Positions 38,388-51,473 of a DNA stretch of 64,000 nucleotides are shown here, in pieces. Every line of letters starts with the position of its first letter. Position 1 is the stretch's first letter. Source of the DNA: Takakia lepidozioides. Taxonomy: Eukaryota > Plantae > Bryophyta. Where the stretch lies: assembly GCA_030704615.1 (NCBI GenBank), contig CM060731.1:21018001-21082000 (forward strand), written 5' to 3'. A program made the position numbers and the translations under genes. Under the pieces are notes generated by a model. It did not search any database. It saw only the letters and a program-made list of their open reading frames with translations, and had not been told where the DNA came from.

Positions 38388-38561
38388 GACAACCAACATG
38401 TAGGCCAGTGGTAATGGGCACATACCACGTTGGATGTGGTTGTGGGTTCAAACCACCGTCTGGTGTGTCATAAAGGTGTCCACCTTCCTGTTGGAAGGCA
38501 GTAGCCCTTGGGGGTCAAGTGACAACATAAATTACGCTTCCTTCGGGAGGCGTCATACTTT
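38388..38561 (+). mobile_element. tRNA-derived SINE, family A (full length)
   Basis: A box TAGGCCAGTGG, B box GGTTCAAACC and terminal hairpin ACGCTTCC-TTCG-GGAGGCGT. Confidence 0.78.
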
Positions 38562-39723
38562 ACCTTCCAGGTTGAGCACATAAAATTGGTACCACCACTC
38601 ATAAGCTGCGCCTGATGGGTAGATTGGCCCTTTGTTTTCCACATGTGAATAATAATATCATTATATGACTAATCCTGAGGGGAAGAAGGTTTGGGGATTA
38701 TTGTCTCAGCGTTATGCAGATCTGCTTTGCTGTTAGTCTCTCACATGCTTCAAACTCGGTTCCTCCAAGGGGGGAATCTTGTTGTTAAGCACCAACTATC
38801 TCACATGTTTTGCATGTAATATTAGAGGGGGATTGGTATGGCGTGAGCACAAAAAAAAGACGTGTGAGCAGGATCCTTGGTTATGGGGGTGATATGTATG
38901 CCAGCGGACATAGACGGACATAGCGTCTTTCTGCGTTAATACTATATGGTGTCTAAATATAATCTTAGACATATAGAAGGAGCTTGGAAGGGAGAAACCT
39001 AAAAAAAGTAAAAAATAAAAAAACCCAAACCCCAATTTTGCCGACGAAACCTAAGTTTCATTGGCAAAAATCAAAGTTTCCTCCCTAGTCATGTCCCTAG
39101 TTTTCCTCTTTTGGTACTGTGTTTGCTCGACTTAGTGGATACGCGCAAAGTGCCCAGGGGAAGGGGGAAAATTTGCACCGGGGTCATTTATGCTGATTTA
39201 CACAAGAGCTAGTCAGTGTCATGCTCCATCCACTCAGCAAGTTCAATTTGATGAGAGTGCGAAATGTCAGTGCCCACATGCTAATGAAGTGTTACTATAC
39301 AGTGCCTTACCATTTTGTTATAATTTTCCTCAGCATCTTGATTAAAGGGCTCCGAGCCCCTTTTATATGTACATATGGACCATTCCAGTGGTGCCATCAG
39401 CTGGAGTGGGTGCACGTACAGCCCCCTTTCAACAAACTGTAGGCACAGATTGAGCAGAGCTGTGAACCAACCTGGAGAACTTCCATTTCAAGGTCTGTGG
39501 TGGTGAGGCTAGGGCAAGACCCATGAAGAGACTCACTCATAAAAGAGAATCTGGGGACGTCTTCACTTTCAATGGTCCATCCCACTGCCGGAGAGTGTCT
39601 GCAGTGGTAGAAGCCGCACTCTCCTCTCTTTTATTCCGCTGTCCAAACATGGGCAGAGGGTCTACCGATACAGAAGGCTTACACAGAACCTGCCTGACTA
39701 CAGCCTCCATATGAGCCTCTGAA

Positions 39724-42700
39724 TTACCGTCTCATTTGAGACACTTTTGTTCCTTTCTCTTTATTCATGACAAGATGAGCTTCACTTTCGACACAGAGAG
39801 GTACCAGAGATCCCCTTGGACCTCTGCCTGCAAGCTGTCCCTCTTCTTCCTCTTTGCCACTTTCCAGTACAACGCAGAATTTCAGTGCACATGCTGCGAC
39901 TGGTGGCATTCTCTCAACCTGCAAAACTGTCGCTAGCCAGTGCAAATCCCCTGTCAAGTGGGTAGCCTCTTGCAAATCTAGATATCTAAACTGTGGTGGC
40001 AAATTTTCCACGCTATATTGCACCCAGAAATTCCCACTCTCAGGGGCATTGTGCACAACAATGTCGATGAGAAGTCCAAGTGGCAAGCCAGGGACAAACC
40101 CAATCGGTTGCTCGAAGTCAGAACCAGGTGCCTTCATGTCTGCCCAAGTCTCCCTCACCCTGTTGTTGACGACGCATTTGGAAGGCCAATATGATGCTGC
40201 AAGCTGGCGGGCTGCAACCCATAATGACAAAGAATAGCTGACCTTCCCATCTATCAACTGCTTTTTAACGCTTCCAAGGAAGGATGATACAGTTGGCTGT
40301 TCTTGTTTCTTGAAGAGTCCATCAGCTTCCAGACATATGACATTCAACTGAGCAAGGAACACTGATAGTCTATCAGGGGATAAACCTTCTACTGGCAAAG
40401 TTGCTATTCTCAGAACTAAGTCAAGGCCGTGAAACTCCATGAGCTGCAGATGTTGTTGCTGACTAAGGCCAGAAAAGCAAGCAAGCAACCGTTTCACCAC
40501 CAACTCCAGCTTGTGAGAGATGTCCAGTGGAGAATCAGCTCTTGTGCTTTTTACAATGTGGTCTTTAGCAGGAGTCAGATGTGCACGGAGCTGGGTTACC
40601 AATGTTAGACAATGTGCATACAATGCCGTAAACCTCAATACCGAACTAAGGTTCTGGCTTCGCCCTTGCAGCATCTTGAGGTCCCTCCTGCAGCCCCTGC
40701 TGGATTTGGCACTGCCTGGTGTCAGAAAGTTGGCAACTAGGGGAAGAGAACAATGCAGCTCAACTCACAGAGTAACAGTACTTTATTGTGTCAAAAGCAA
40801 AACAGCAGGGACTTGGGAAGTTTACCTCAGGATTAATAATGCTTTTGTAAAGGCCTGCCTTGCCAACAAGGAATGTACCGAATGGGCTGTTTCCACAATG
40901 TGTTTGAGGAAGTCCAGGCCCTCTCTCTCGCCTGGTTTACACCACATATTCTGGTCCTCTCCTGCTAATGGAAGGGAGGGCTGTGAACAAACTAACCGCC
41001 TCTCCAAGCCTTGCGAAAATCTATTATTATCTTGCAAAACACTATCCTTGTTTGATGCATTAGAAGCAACCAGAAGCCAGCGGTTACGATTTCCCTCTTC
41101 CTTTGTAGAACCATTTGACAGAACCGTGACCTCCTGCCTTGCATCGCTGGTGAAGACAGTATCAACCTCAACCCTCAACTCTTGAGAAGTTGATTCCTTT
41201 CTATGGGACCACACAAACTGCATCGTTTCCAGACCCACAGGCCAGATATTAAGAAGAGGTAGGGTCTTGGGCAGTTTGTGGCGAATGACGCTCACATATG
41301 ACAGCAACTTGGGTGGGATGAGAGAGATACAGGTCGTATTTGAAATCCCTGCTGAAAGAACAAGCGCCAGCATTGCCGTACAACGGGGTTCGTCAAACCC
41401 GCTGTCACCAATTAAGACCGCTTGCACCTGCATACAAAACCAACCCAAGCAATGGATGAGCAAAACATACACAAACCTCCAAGCAGAAAACAATAATGTA
41501 GGGTACAGAAGTGGAGGGCAGACCTCTTGAAGAAGCTCATTTGCTATGCACTCTGTGTAAGTGGGATGGGCCTGACCCAAGCTGCTAAGTGCCTGTATCA
41601 CTCCCTCTTCATCCTGCAGCGAAGCACTATGCAAGATTTCAACATTTGAGCCACAAAATTAGCATTGTAACTCAAAACCTGGCCTATTTCAGAATCCAAG
41701 CTCAAGTACTTGTTGTCATCAGCAGTTGCAAAAAACCGGTTGACTTTGTACTGATATCTTCAACCAGTCGAATGAATGAATCAAGTCTAACAAGAGAAGG
41801 AAGTATGGCTCCTTTGACAGAGCTCCACCAAAACATATCCATAGAAATCAGACTACAACTTATGCTGTATTGAAAGAAAAGAGACAGAAAGACAGAGGGA
41901 CCTCAATGCACCTCAGAATGGTGCTCTAAGCTGGAGAGAAGAGCGCGGATGGTGGAATGGAAGGTAGCAAAGCTTGGCAGACGAATTGCTGCCAAAAGGT
42001 TGCGTCCAGACTGCCGCATTTCAGTAGTCGTGTCCTCCAACACGTCCAAAAACTGCAATACAAGTACAATCATTCATTGGTAGAGCCACAGACACCAGAG
42101 TAACTGACAATCAACATTTCAGATTTGTGACAAGATCTCTGGTGAACACTTCCATTTCAGCGTTCTAGAAAACTTCAAGGGAAGAATTCAAACTGAGCAA
42201 AAGAGGAAAAACATCCCCGACTGGCACCCATAACTATCCCATACACCTCAGACTGAAGGTTCGTATCAGGCGGGGTTCCATAGACACATACTGTTTGCTA
42301 TCGTAGCATGTACTGCAAGAACAATTGCTGTCAATTACTGCAGTCTCAATGTAGACTCAGCCTCTCAAGGTTCAGTGATAGTGTACCAATCTAACTGATC
42401 TTGCTGTAACTCGGCCTTACACTACAGAATAGACTCATCAAAAGGGAAGGCTTGTACTAGGTCAACCTGACAAGTGGTTAAGAACACATGTGGCCTGGTT
42501 AGTTTATGGGTCTCAAACGGGGTATCGTACAGCTCTTCACAGAATACCATCTTTAGTATGTACATGTCCATTACCATGTGGAGATGTTTGTCATGCACAG
42601 AGAGGTGACCTGCTACTGCCAGTTGCAAAAGTGCACTGACAGCTTGCATCCGGACAGGTCCTGCTTCATCATTGAGCATATCAAGCAAAAGATCCACTGC

Positions 42701-45700
42701 TCCATGCCCCATCTTCTCACAGTGGCAGCACAGCTTTGCCAAGGCCTCAATGGCCACTGTTCGCACCTGCATGTGGCAAGTCCACAGCTTGCATCAATTC
42801 ATTGAGGGCAGATCTACCGAAATCCTATCTTATTTTCACATAAACACAACCAAACTCTTGGAATTGGATTAGAATGGCCTGTTTTCGTTTAGAACCCAGA
42901 ACTAAGCAACAAACCTTACATGCAGTTTAGATGGACCGCAAAAGAAAGGGAGGAGGAAGAGGCGGAAAGAACACTACATTCTGACATGTGAGAGATTTCA
43001 ATGGTGCATATCACTTAGGGCAAACTCTTCAGAGGCAAGACCATAGATTCACAGACACAGCTTCGGCGGACAGGTTCATAGCAGACCTCAGAAAACTCGT
43101 CTTCAAGACCCTGCACAAAGGTCCCTGCTGCTCTTGCATCCAAAAGACTCGTTCCTTCCTCATACTTCGCCAAGTCCACATCACCCTCCGGAGTCATAAT
43201 GGACGTACTTGTGGGGGTTTCCTTCTCTTTTCTCACTGTGCCTAAGACCTTTTTACTCAACGTCTGGAGCAGCACACTCTCCCTAATATTCGTCATTTCG
43301 CCAAGTACACGAAAGGTCTCTTCTCTCACTCTCATGTTCATGTCAGTTACCTTCGTGCAGATCTGAACATTGAAACACACCCAAAAGCTTGTTAACTGAG
43401 GTCAGGGCTGTAGTGGCCACACAGATTTCTGTAGGGTACCATACCTTATGATTGAGATATATATGTCCTCACCTGTTCTCAAAAATTGGAGAAGCCTTTA
43501 AGGTGAAGAGAAGCCATAAATTACACTTACTTCAGCAGGAGCCCACCCTTCCCCCCCCCCCCCAAAGATTTGGTAAATTTCTCTAGATTCAGTCTCCAAA
43601 ACCCAAATTTTGGAGATTATGGCAAGGTTCCATTCACTCTCTCTCAATGCATAAGAGGGTATGGCAAAAAAATTCCAACCATATTGCATCTTTGTGCACC
43701 AAAGAATATGTGTAACATCTCAACCTAATATTTTCCAAATAAACACAATGCAAAATGCAAGAAATGCCTTACTGCCCACAGCCATCAATCCACGGTATAT
43801 GTGATGATGCCTATGGCACCCCCAAGGATGGTAATATCATTTCTTCATTCCAAGAGTGAAAGAAAGAATTTCAATGTACTACTGTAGGCTTCAAAATTAT
43901 GAGTTACTGATGCCTGGCAAGAGACATGCAAGTACCTGCAAGAACACTTCGTTGGCTTGCTTTGCTGGAGCCCCCTTTTCAACATCCTCTGCTAGTGTCT
44001 TTGCCCATGTCCCGACCTACCATGCACCCCACTGACAAAGCCTTAGCTACATAATGGCGATGAAAGCAACATCAAGCAACAACTTCACTGGTTTTTGATG
44101 TCATCACTGGTGTTCAGTTCCATTGCATCAGAAAAAGAAAAAAGAAAAAATTGCCCCCCCACATCCCCCCCTGGTTTTTGATGTCATCACTGGTGTTCGT
44201 TCCATTTGCATCAGGAAGGAAAAATAAAGAATTGCTCCCCCACGCCCCCCCCCCCTCCCCCCCTCTTCTCTCTCTCCTTGACACATGGTGCACACATGAG
44301 TTCCAACATCAATCTACACAATCAGACTGACTGGTAAACACAGTGACAAGTCTGCACAGAGCATCTACCAATGGAGGGGAAAACTAACCAGCTGGACTGC
44401 TGCAACCCGCACCGATTCAAAAAAATCTTGGAAAAGGCTGATTGCGTGCTCATAGCAGTCTTTGCTCAGCTCATATCCTTTGGCGTGCAATGTTATAAGA
44501 GCCCTTAAGGCAGCCTCTCTTACACATGGGTGCGGGTCCCCAGTGTATTCCAAAAGCGCATGCATTAAGTAATTCCCAGCAAAAGCATCAAGTTTCTTTG
44601 AATCCACCCCACTCCCCTCTGTAGCACCTGCACTGAAAAAGTGTTGAAGCCACCCCACTGTCTTGACAACCATGTCCTCAGACTGGTCGCTCATATTCAG
44701 GTCCTGGATGCCAGTGCCCCTCATTCCTTGCCTGCTGCTAATCTTTTGATACAAACTTCCTTTGGTTCTTTGCAGGGTTTGACTGACATGTGGAGAACAA
44801 GTTAGTGGCAGATCAATGGTGTTAAGCTCCCCCATGCACCTCCTTTTGCCACACCTAGAAACCTCTAGTTCCGCCTTTGCAACCTCATTTGGATCGTCCA
44901 CAACAGTTTGCTTGGGCTCTTTTGATGAACTATGTGAGAGGACTATCTCTCTCGCTCTTATACTCTCCACAAGCAAACGTATTACCAAGACCCGTACCTG
45001 TGGATTGCTGCTGCCCAGCAGTTTTTTCACTGGCCATCCGATTAAATTCCAGGTCACAACTCCGTCACATTTCTCAGCAATGGAAAGAAGGGATTGCAGT
45101 ATTTGAGCACGTACACCCAGTTTAACTAGGGGCCTAGCAGTGTCCTTGATTGAGAGGTATGTCTGCAGAGCCTGAACAATCGTTCTTGCAAATTCTGATC
45201 CATTTCTGGTCATTTCGAATCCATTTTCAGCAGTCTTGATTGGCAAAGACACGTCATGCTTGTCATTCAAATTGAACCCTGTGTGTGATACAAAAGCATC
45301 TGAAGCAGCACATGTTTTTCCTGGTGATCGTGACCAATGGCCAGCCTCCCCCTCCTCCCTCCCACAAAATACACATGGACCTCGGCCTCTGCATCGTGTT
45401 GTCCCCACAACTACAAAATATGTGAGCCAACAAGACGTCATCTTTAGGAAGTGCAGATTTGCAGTCATTGGATTCAAAAACTGCAAGAGAGGCCAGAAGA
45501 TTCACCAGCTTCTGCACTAACGACGGGTCGTCCTCCTTCCATAAGTGCATCTCGATAGAGTCCTTAAGAACTTTTCGGGTTTCACTTTTTGTCACGAGTC
45601 CTAAATGTGCGTCAATGCATACAATGGCATCCAGACGACCGTCCAACGCTGACTGGTTCATCAAGGATAACTTCTGTTTCAGAAAATCATCAAGAACATC

Positions 45701-45964
45701 TCCTCCGTCAGGATTCCTCGGCTGCTCCTCATGCAACATCACTTCTCTTTCATTTTCCCTGACCTTATGTTGTTCAATCTCCCAATCTGCAATGTCCGAT
45801 TGCGCGGGTTGAATCCACCTGCCCTTCTTCGTGAAGCTTCGGTTATTTGGCATCGCTTTAGCTTTAAAGTGCTTGCCCTCGAGAGCAACCAAGCCTCCAT
45901 CTCTTTCTTCAGCAGCATCATTTGCTAGTCCTTCTGATTCTCTCACCCGCTTCATTCTTGGCAT
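39724..45964 (-). CDS. SIEL: Integrator complex subunit 4 / SIEL-like HEAT-repeat protein
   Basis: Exons 45964-~45400, ~45300-44389, 44016-43936, 43362-43087, 42766-42575, 42052-41912, 41613-41524, 41427-40826 and 40696-39724; phases match from 44389 onward. Motifs DPHPCVREAALRAL, FQDFFESVRVAAVQL, DMNMRVREETFRVLG..LLQTLSKKVL, AAGTFVQGLEDEFSEVR and LLDMLNDE..VR are typical of INTS4/SIEL. The first junction is unresolved. Confidence 0.85.
44089..44250. repeat. ~83-bp tandem duplication in a SIEL intron
   Basis: ctggtttttgatgtcatcactggtgttc..ttccatt(t)gcatcag..attg..ccccc present twice. Confidence 0.8.
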
Positions 45965-46446
45965 GCAATTAGGACTTCTCAGTTAAGCCATTGGCTTGTT
46001 CCCCATATGTTCATAGAATTGTCAAATGCGACAAACATAACATCTTTCTTCATTTGTTCCTGCATCTCTGAGATTTCAACACTCCCTGAATGATGCGTTA
46101 GAACAGCTGGGGGAGATCTTCGGAGAGAATTAGCACGAAGAACGGTCCAGACCTCCAATACGCGCCTTGCCCCGCTTCCCCTACGTCTACCGATCCGTCC
46201 GAACCACTAGGAGTTCGTTGCCAGCTCTTGCTCACCGGCACCAAGCTTGGTAATTCCGGAGGGTCTACATCGGATGATGGCATCTCTAAGCATTGGGAAT
46301 AATCTTCCTCATCCAATTCTCCACCTGAGACATACACGATGGGAACATATTCCTCTACACCAATCCTCCATTAGACCATGCCTCTGAATTCTGTATTTAC
46401 AATGTCTACCTTTCACTATCTGCCTGCCATCGTCTCTTCTCCTCTC

Positions 46447-46487
46447 TAGGGTTTAGGGCTTCTAAGTCCCCTTTTTTCAAACCCTAA
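46447..46487. promoter_or_regulatory. Telo-box motifs upstream of SIEL
   Basis: TAGGGTTTAGGG at ~46447 and AAACCCTAA at ~46479, about 0.5 kb upstream of the SIEL ATG. Confidence 0.45.
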
Positions 46488-46571
46488 CTTATGTCTAAAG
46501 ACTGAGGATAACTCACGAACGATCGATTTGACTTTAACGTTGTATTTTTAACTGCCAAGTTTTCTATGACT

Positions 46572-46758
46572 TGAGCAGGTAGCCCAGTGGTTGGGTGTTT
46601 GTGCCTTGTCTGTGCATAACCTAGGTGATCCAGGGTTCAATCCTTCAACATGTGCCTTCAGACCGTCCCCATTGGGCCCTCGATGGGGCCTGTGTGTTAG
46701 CAGTAGGCTCAGAAAATCACATGGACGTTAAGGCCCTTTATCTTTATCTTTATCTTTA
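46572..46758 (+). mobile_element. tRNA-derived SINE, family C, with (TTTATC)n tail
   Basis: A box TAGCCCAGTGG, B box GGTTCAATCC, 3' end ggacgttaaggccc(tttatc)3ttta. Confidence 0.7.
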
Positions 46759-46930
46759 TGACAATCACGATTTCCACTCAGCAGCAGGTAAGTGAGTAAA
46801 GCTGGAGCAATTTTCAGTCACCATCATGTAAAAAGTATGATGTATGGCTCCCAAGGAATATGCTCCCATCGAGTATGTTTTCCGGATATTAATTCCCTGT
46901 GCTCAAAATCATGTAGACCCTCTGGACTTA

Positions 46931-47140
46931 CATAACCGATTTTTAGAGCAGACTCGCTGACGTGGCGTGTTTCTACTCGATTTGAGGACGGGTGCTATAT
47001 GTGGTATTCTACTACCTACTAGATTGTAACTACCTACCTACCTGCTGCGGGGATGACAACTTCATATCACAGCTTACAACGTAGTGGTAGGTACCTACAA
47101 GGGTAAACTGACTGGCTCGCTGCCCTAAAAACCGGTTATG
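46931..47140. mobile_element. 210-bp MITE with TA TSD
   Basis: 21-bp TIR CATAACCG(A/G)TTTTTAG(A/G)GCAG with 2 mismatches; TA at 46929-46930 and 47141-47142. Confidence 0.75.
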
Positions 47141-48120
47141 TATAGAGGATGAAGATTATTCCCTGTGCTCAAAATCATCATCATCCTATGTAGACCCTCT
47201 GGAATTAATTAGGGAGAATTAGTGCAGTCAATGTACAAGAGTCATTGTGAAGCTTAGCTGGTGCCCTCCAGCAAAGGCTGACTATGTGACTATTTTTCTA
47301 TTAGTTTGATTAAAAGGGCCTCTGTCCCCCTTTCTTTTAAAAAACAATCCTAGTGGTTCGGGTTAGTAGACTTATTGGGAAGAGAAGAGAGGGCGCGAGT
47401 GTAGGACGTGCCGATTGGTTTGTTGAGAGGAGGTTGGGTATCATGTGCCTGCTCAGGCCTTTATGCGCATGCTCATGTGAGCATAAGATGATATGCCACA
47501 TATTCCCAAAATATTCTTGGAAAAATGCTTTAGCGAAACTAAAACATGAAATTTGGTTTGCTCATTGAGCGCAAGCCACGCAAAGTTGGGGCATAGGGAA
47601 TTTCCGTCAGTGCCATCTCCATCACCAATTTTCGTTGATTAATAGTTGTACATTTAATCATGTGCAGTTGACGCTCGTAGCAATCACTAATATGCGAAAC
47701 TAGACACAATTCATTTTGTTCCCCCCACGAAAACATGGGTAATGACTAATGATCTACCACAATACTCCGTAACAATTCGTTAGTGAAATAAAACAACCAT
47801 GTCGTCCCTTACACGCAAAATCATATAAAACTCATTTTGTTTAGCCCACGAAACCGTTGGATAATGATCTACGCACTACACACCGATACCTTGAAGTTTC
47901 GCTGGCAAAACTCGATACCTTGATTTATTTCGCTGGCAAATCCGTTGTTTGTCTCATTATATTAAATTGTTCAATTATTTTTTGGTATTTGTGTGTTTTG
48001 GATGGTCTCGGTTGTGACCTTGTTTTTCCCTAATGTTTTAGTTTTTTTGTCGAATACCAAAGCTATAAATATTTGGAACTTGGGAGCTTGTAGATATACA
48101 TTAGGGGTGCAAATTTCGCA

Positions 48121-48140
48121 TTAGGGTTTAGGGTTTAGGG
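48121..48140 (+). repeat. Short interstitial telomeric repeat (TTTAGGG)~3
   Basis: Sequence ttagggtttagggtttaggg. Confidence 0.7.
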
Positions 48141-48181
48141 ACAGAAATAGGCACAAAAACCCCTATTTCGCGTGTACGAAC

Positions 48182-48775
48182 CAGTGTTTGGGCGGTTTCT
48201 TTTTTTTTTAATATCCGCACGGGTCCGGATATTGAACAATTAGTGAATGATATATCCTACGGATCCGGATATTAGAATAATTTGCATTTCTAATATCCGC
48301 CGGTATGCATAGTGGAAGTTTTTTAAAAATCTGCCAGATATAAATAAGTCCGGATATTTAGATTTTAATATCCGGCAGTTATAGAGTAATCCGGATATAA
48401 ATAATCATGAAATATTTTTTTTTGTTAAACTGGGGATTGTAGCCCTGATTTAACTTTATTGAGATTTACTCGCAATTGTTTTTAAAAATTTATTTAATCA
48501 ATTTACATTATTAAAATTCTAATAAAATATTAATATTTTATTTTATTTTCTTGTATCCGGTTGAGATCCGGTATTTTGGCTACATATCCGGATACAATCC
48601 AGTTATTAAACCTTTTTATATCTAGGATCCTATCCGGATCCTCCGTTTTATGTATCCGTCGGATATAAATAATAGTCGGATATCAAATAGTTGCCGGATC
48701 CGGATCCCGATACATTGATATCCGGTTGATATCCTACTATTGATATCCTGATGACTCTATATCTGCCCAACTCTG
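48182..48775. mobile_element. hAT-like MITE with many ATCCGG subterminal motifs
   Basis: Imperfect TIRs CAGTGTTTGGGCGG and CTGCCCAACTCTG; 8-bp near-TSD GTACGAAC / GTAGGAAT; dense ATCCGG/CCGGAT motifs near both ends. Confidence 0.65.
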
Positions 48776-50589
48776 GTAGGAATCCGGCCCTATTCACGTG
48801 TATTCTATTTCCATGGAAACATGAGTATCCTATTGCCGTGTTTTGCACTCCCAACTCAATTCTCCTGTGCTTACGGTCTACCAACACCCCGTTGGCAGTC
48901 ATGTTGTCCCTCTTTATGCGAGGATCTCTTGTAAGTAGTCTACACAATCAATTAATATTCCGAACGAATCGGCACAAAACTGCTTACCGGAAAGGCCTAG
49001 AGTATCATTACAATGAGATCTAAAATGGCCAAAAATCATTTAGAATAGGCTAAGAGATTGTCTTGTGTAGATTTGTCTGAAAAAAGTGTATATTCCCAAT
49101 AACACATCATAGGGATATCAGTGTCTCCTTGACCTCCAAGAACTACAAGCAAGATGAGAAATCTAGAAGGAAAGAAGACTCTTGCTGGAGCAAGCGGCAC
49201 TAACTTATTCTGCCGAAGGTCTACTAGCTACTACCTTCTGTTTGGAAAATGATATATATGCGTGCGCGCTCATGTGTGTATGGTAGGACGGTAGCATTCA
49301 CCCTATATCTTATGTGATTGGAGCCTTGTAAGTAAACTCTACACATGCACGAAAGGATTTATAAGAAAGTGTTCCCCTTGCAGCCCTGGAAAATGGCAAA
49401 GAGGTCCATTTTGACATTGTCAAAAGCTGGAATTTTGCGAGATGTCATCCCTGATAAGTTTTTAGTGTGACTCATCTGACTGAGTAACGACGACATAATG
49501 ACGAAAGCCGAGACTTTCGTGCCCCATCGTAGTGACCGTCACGACTACGAAAATTGCGGGATTCCAGTCAATAAAGTTCGACTTGGGACTCGACGATACT
49601 ACGTTTCTGGGGTAGCAACTAGGACCACAACATATCTTTCAGCCTCTTTCTGTTCATCGACGGGCGGGCAGGGTCTTCCCGCGACACCACATCAATTTGT
49701 GGAGGGCATTTGCAAGTGATGGAAGGGCAAGGTCATCTCCAGTGCCAAGGTCACTTCTTTCATCAAAGGCATGTAGGTTGTCTTCTCAAGTCTTTTTCAG
49801 GAATCTTTGTCTCCCTCTCTATCCGCCTTGCTCTTTTTCTCTTCCCTCATTCTGTCTGCTTACACCACTGGCGACAAGGTTAGGGCAAGCACATTCACAC
49901 CTGGAAAGTAGATACTCCTGTTTCTCATGTCCATAATAGTCCTCATTGGAGCAAGTCATTATTATTTAGGAAAATTTTAACAATCATAAAGCTGAATTCT
50001 TCAACATTCTAGTTCCAACTCCCCTTTTTATCAGGTGGGACTGATAGTTTTTATGGTTGCAGTCCCTTCATCTTTTAGATAGCGGCATATAATCTCCCCT
50101 CCCCCCATTGACATTGGATTCTCCGCACCGTACATCAGGTTTTCTATACAGCAGTTTTTCTACTCAACTGTGATCTCACTCATGAGTGTGACGTGGGCCA
50201 TAAGAGGGCAAAGCAGGCTGAAATGTGCCCTCACCACATTATCTTTGCCCTTGTGTAATGAAAGCAGCTAGCTTTTCTTTCACCCATAGAATTCAACCGA
50301 CCATCAACCCAACAGGACCTCTTGTAGGTGCCGCTTGTGTCTGTAATCAGGTGATCATTGGTCGGTGAGGAAAACCACCACGGTGCAGCTGAGCAGCCAT
50401 ACATTTTAACTCGGCCTCCTTATAAGACCAAGCTGACCCATACACACTACGAAAGTTACCATATCATGATACTAACAGGAAGACCCCACATTTGCAGGAT
50501 GGACAAACTTCTTCACATTGTCCTTTAAAAGAAAGCCACACCTTGTGCTTCGCGTTTTCCCCACCATTGTGAAGGGTCATTTTAAGACT

Positions 50590-51473
50590 CATGGAGTGGT
50601 GTGTGATAACGACCAAGGAGCAGCTGGGAGCCACAGTCTCAAGTCTCAACCCTCCCAAGTACCTTGCAAACTCCCAGGAACAGACCTGGCACATCCTACT
50701 CTCATGCCCTGCTCGGGAAGAACAACCTATGATACAGACAGTAAAAACAGTTCTTGCAGAGCAAAGCTACATTCCAACTTCAGGGGTACAATCCAATCCA
50801 CGCAATATGCTCTTACCAGAGTCCAGTCAAACTCCCTCAGACTCCTTCTCATCGAAAGCTCACCTTGTCAAGGCCTGGAACTGAGAGCGTACACATACAA
50901 CAGCAGCACCCAAAAAGGAAACTGCAAAGTGTTTCGCATTGTTTCCCTTTTGGAATGTGAATGGCATCCATGAAGGCTGCCATAGCCCACGTATGCAAGG
51001 GACTCCAGCCACTGTGCACTGCCAAGGGGGATGCCGCTTTCAGCTCCACAGCCCAGCCCTTTAATCTGCTGCATGACGCCTTAGTGCATGGTTAGCAATC
51101 CTACTCTCAGAAATCTACAGAGCGAATGCATCCTCCCCCATTAAATCCCAAGTTGAGCACAAAAAACCCATCAGCAAACCAAGTACAAAAAAAAGTTGTA
51201 ATGTAGATTGTCTGCGATTACAACCGTACCATCAATCTTCAAGCCCGCACCCAAGTCTCTTGCTTATAAATGTAGTTGAAAACCTGCTGCCAACTTTTCC
51301 TCAAACAAAAGCAATGAAGTTCCGCACTGACCACCGAGAAGGGCATTTGATCGTGCTTTGGTGGCAACAAGCTTAGCAGCGACATTGCCACTCCCAATCA
51401 CTGCAATTTTCTCGTTGAGGCCTATGTCGGCACTTGTCATCAGAGCTACGCCATCTGACATAGCCTGAGGCAC
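50590..51473 (-). pseudogene. Degenerate NAD+-dependent glycerol-3-phosphate dehydrogenase relic
   Basis: EKIAVIGSGN(WGS missing)VAAKLVA..LLFEEKLAAG resembles GPDH K.AVIGSGNWGSVAAKL..WVFEE.L..G. Downstream RYLGGLRL..LVVITHH resembles KYLPGIKL..LVFVTPHQ. Confidence 0.5.

Noticed and set aside
46098-46337. 79-aa ORF upstream of SIEL
   Set aside because: No ATG start and no homology clue.
34342-46660. tRNA genes at the A/B-box sites
   Set aside because: No complete cloverleaf; long shared non-tRNA bodies indicate SINEs.
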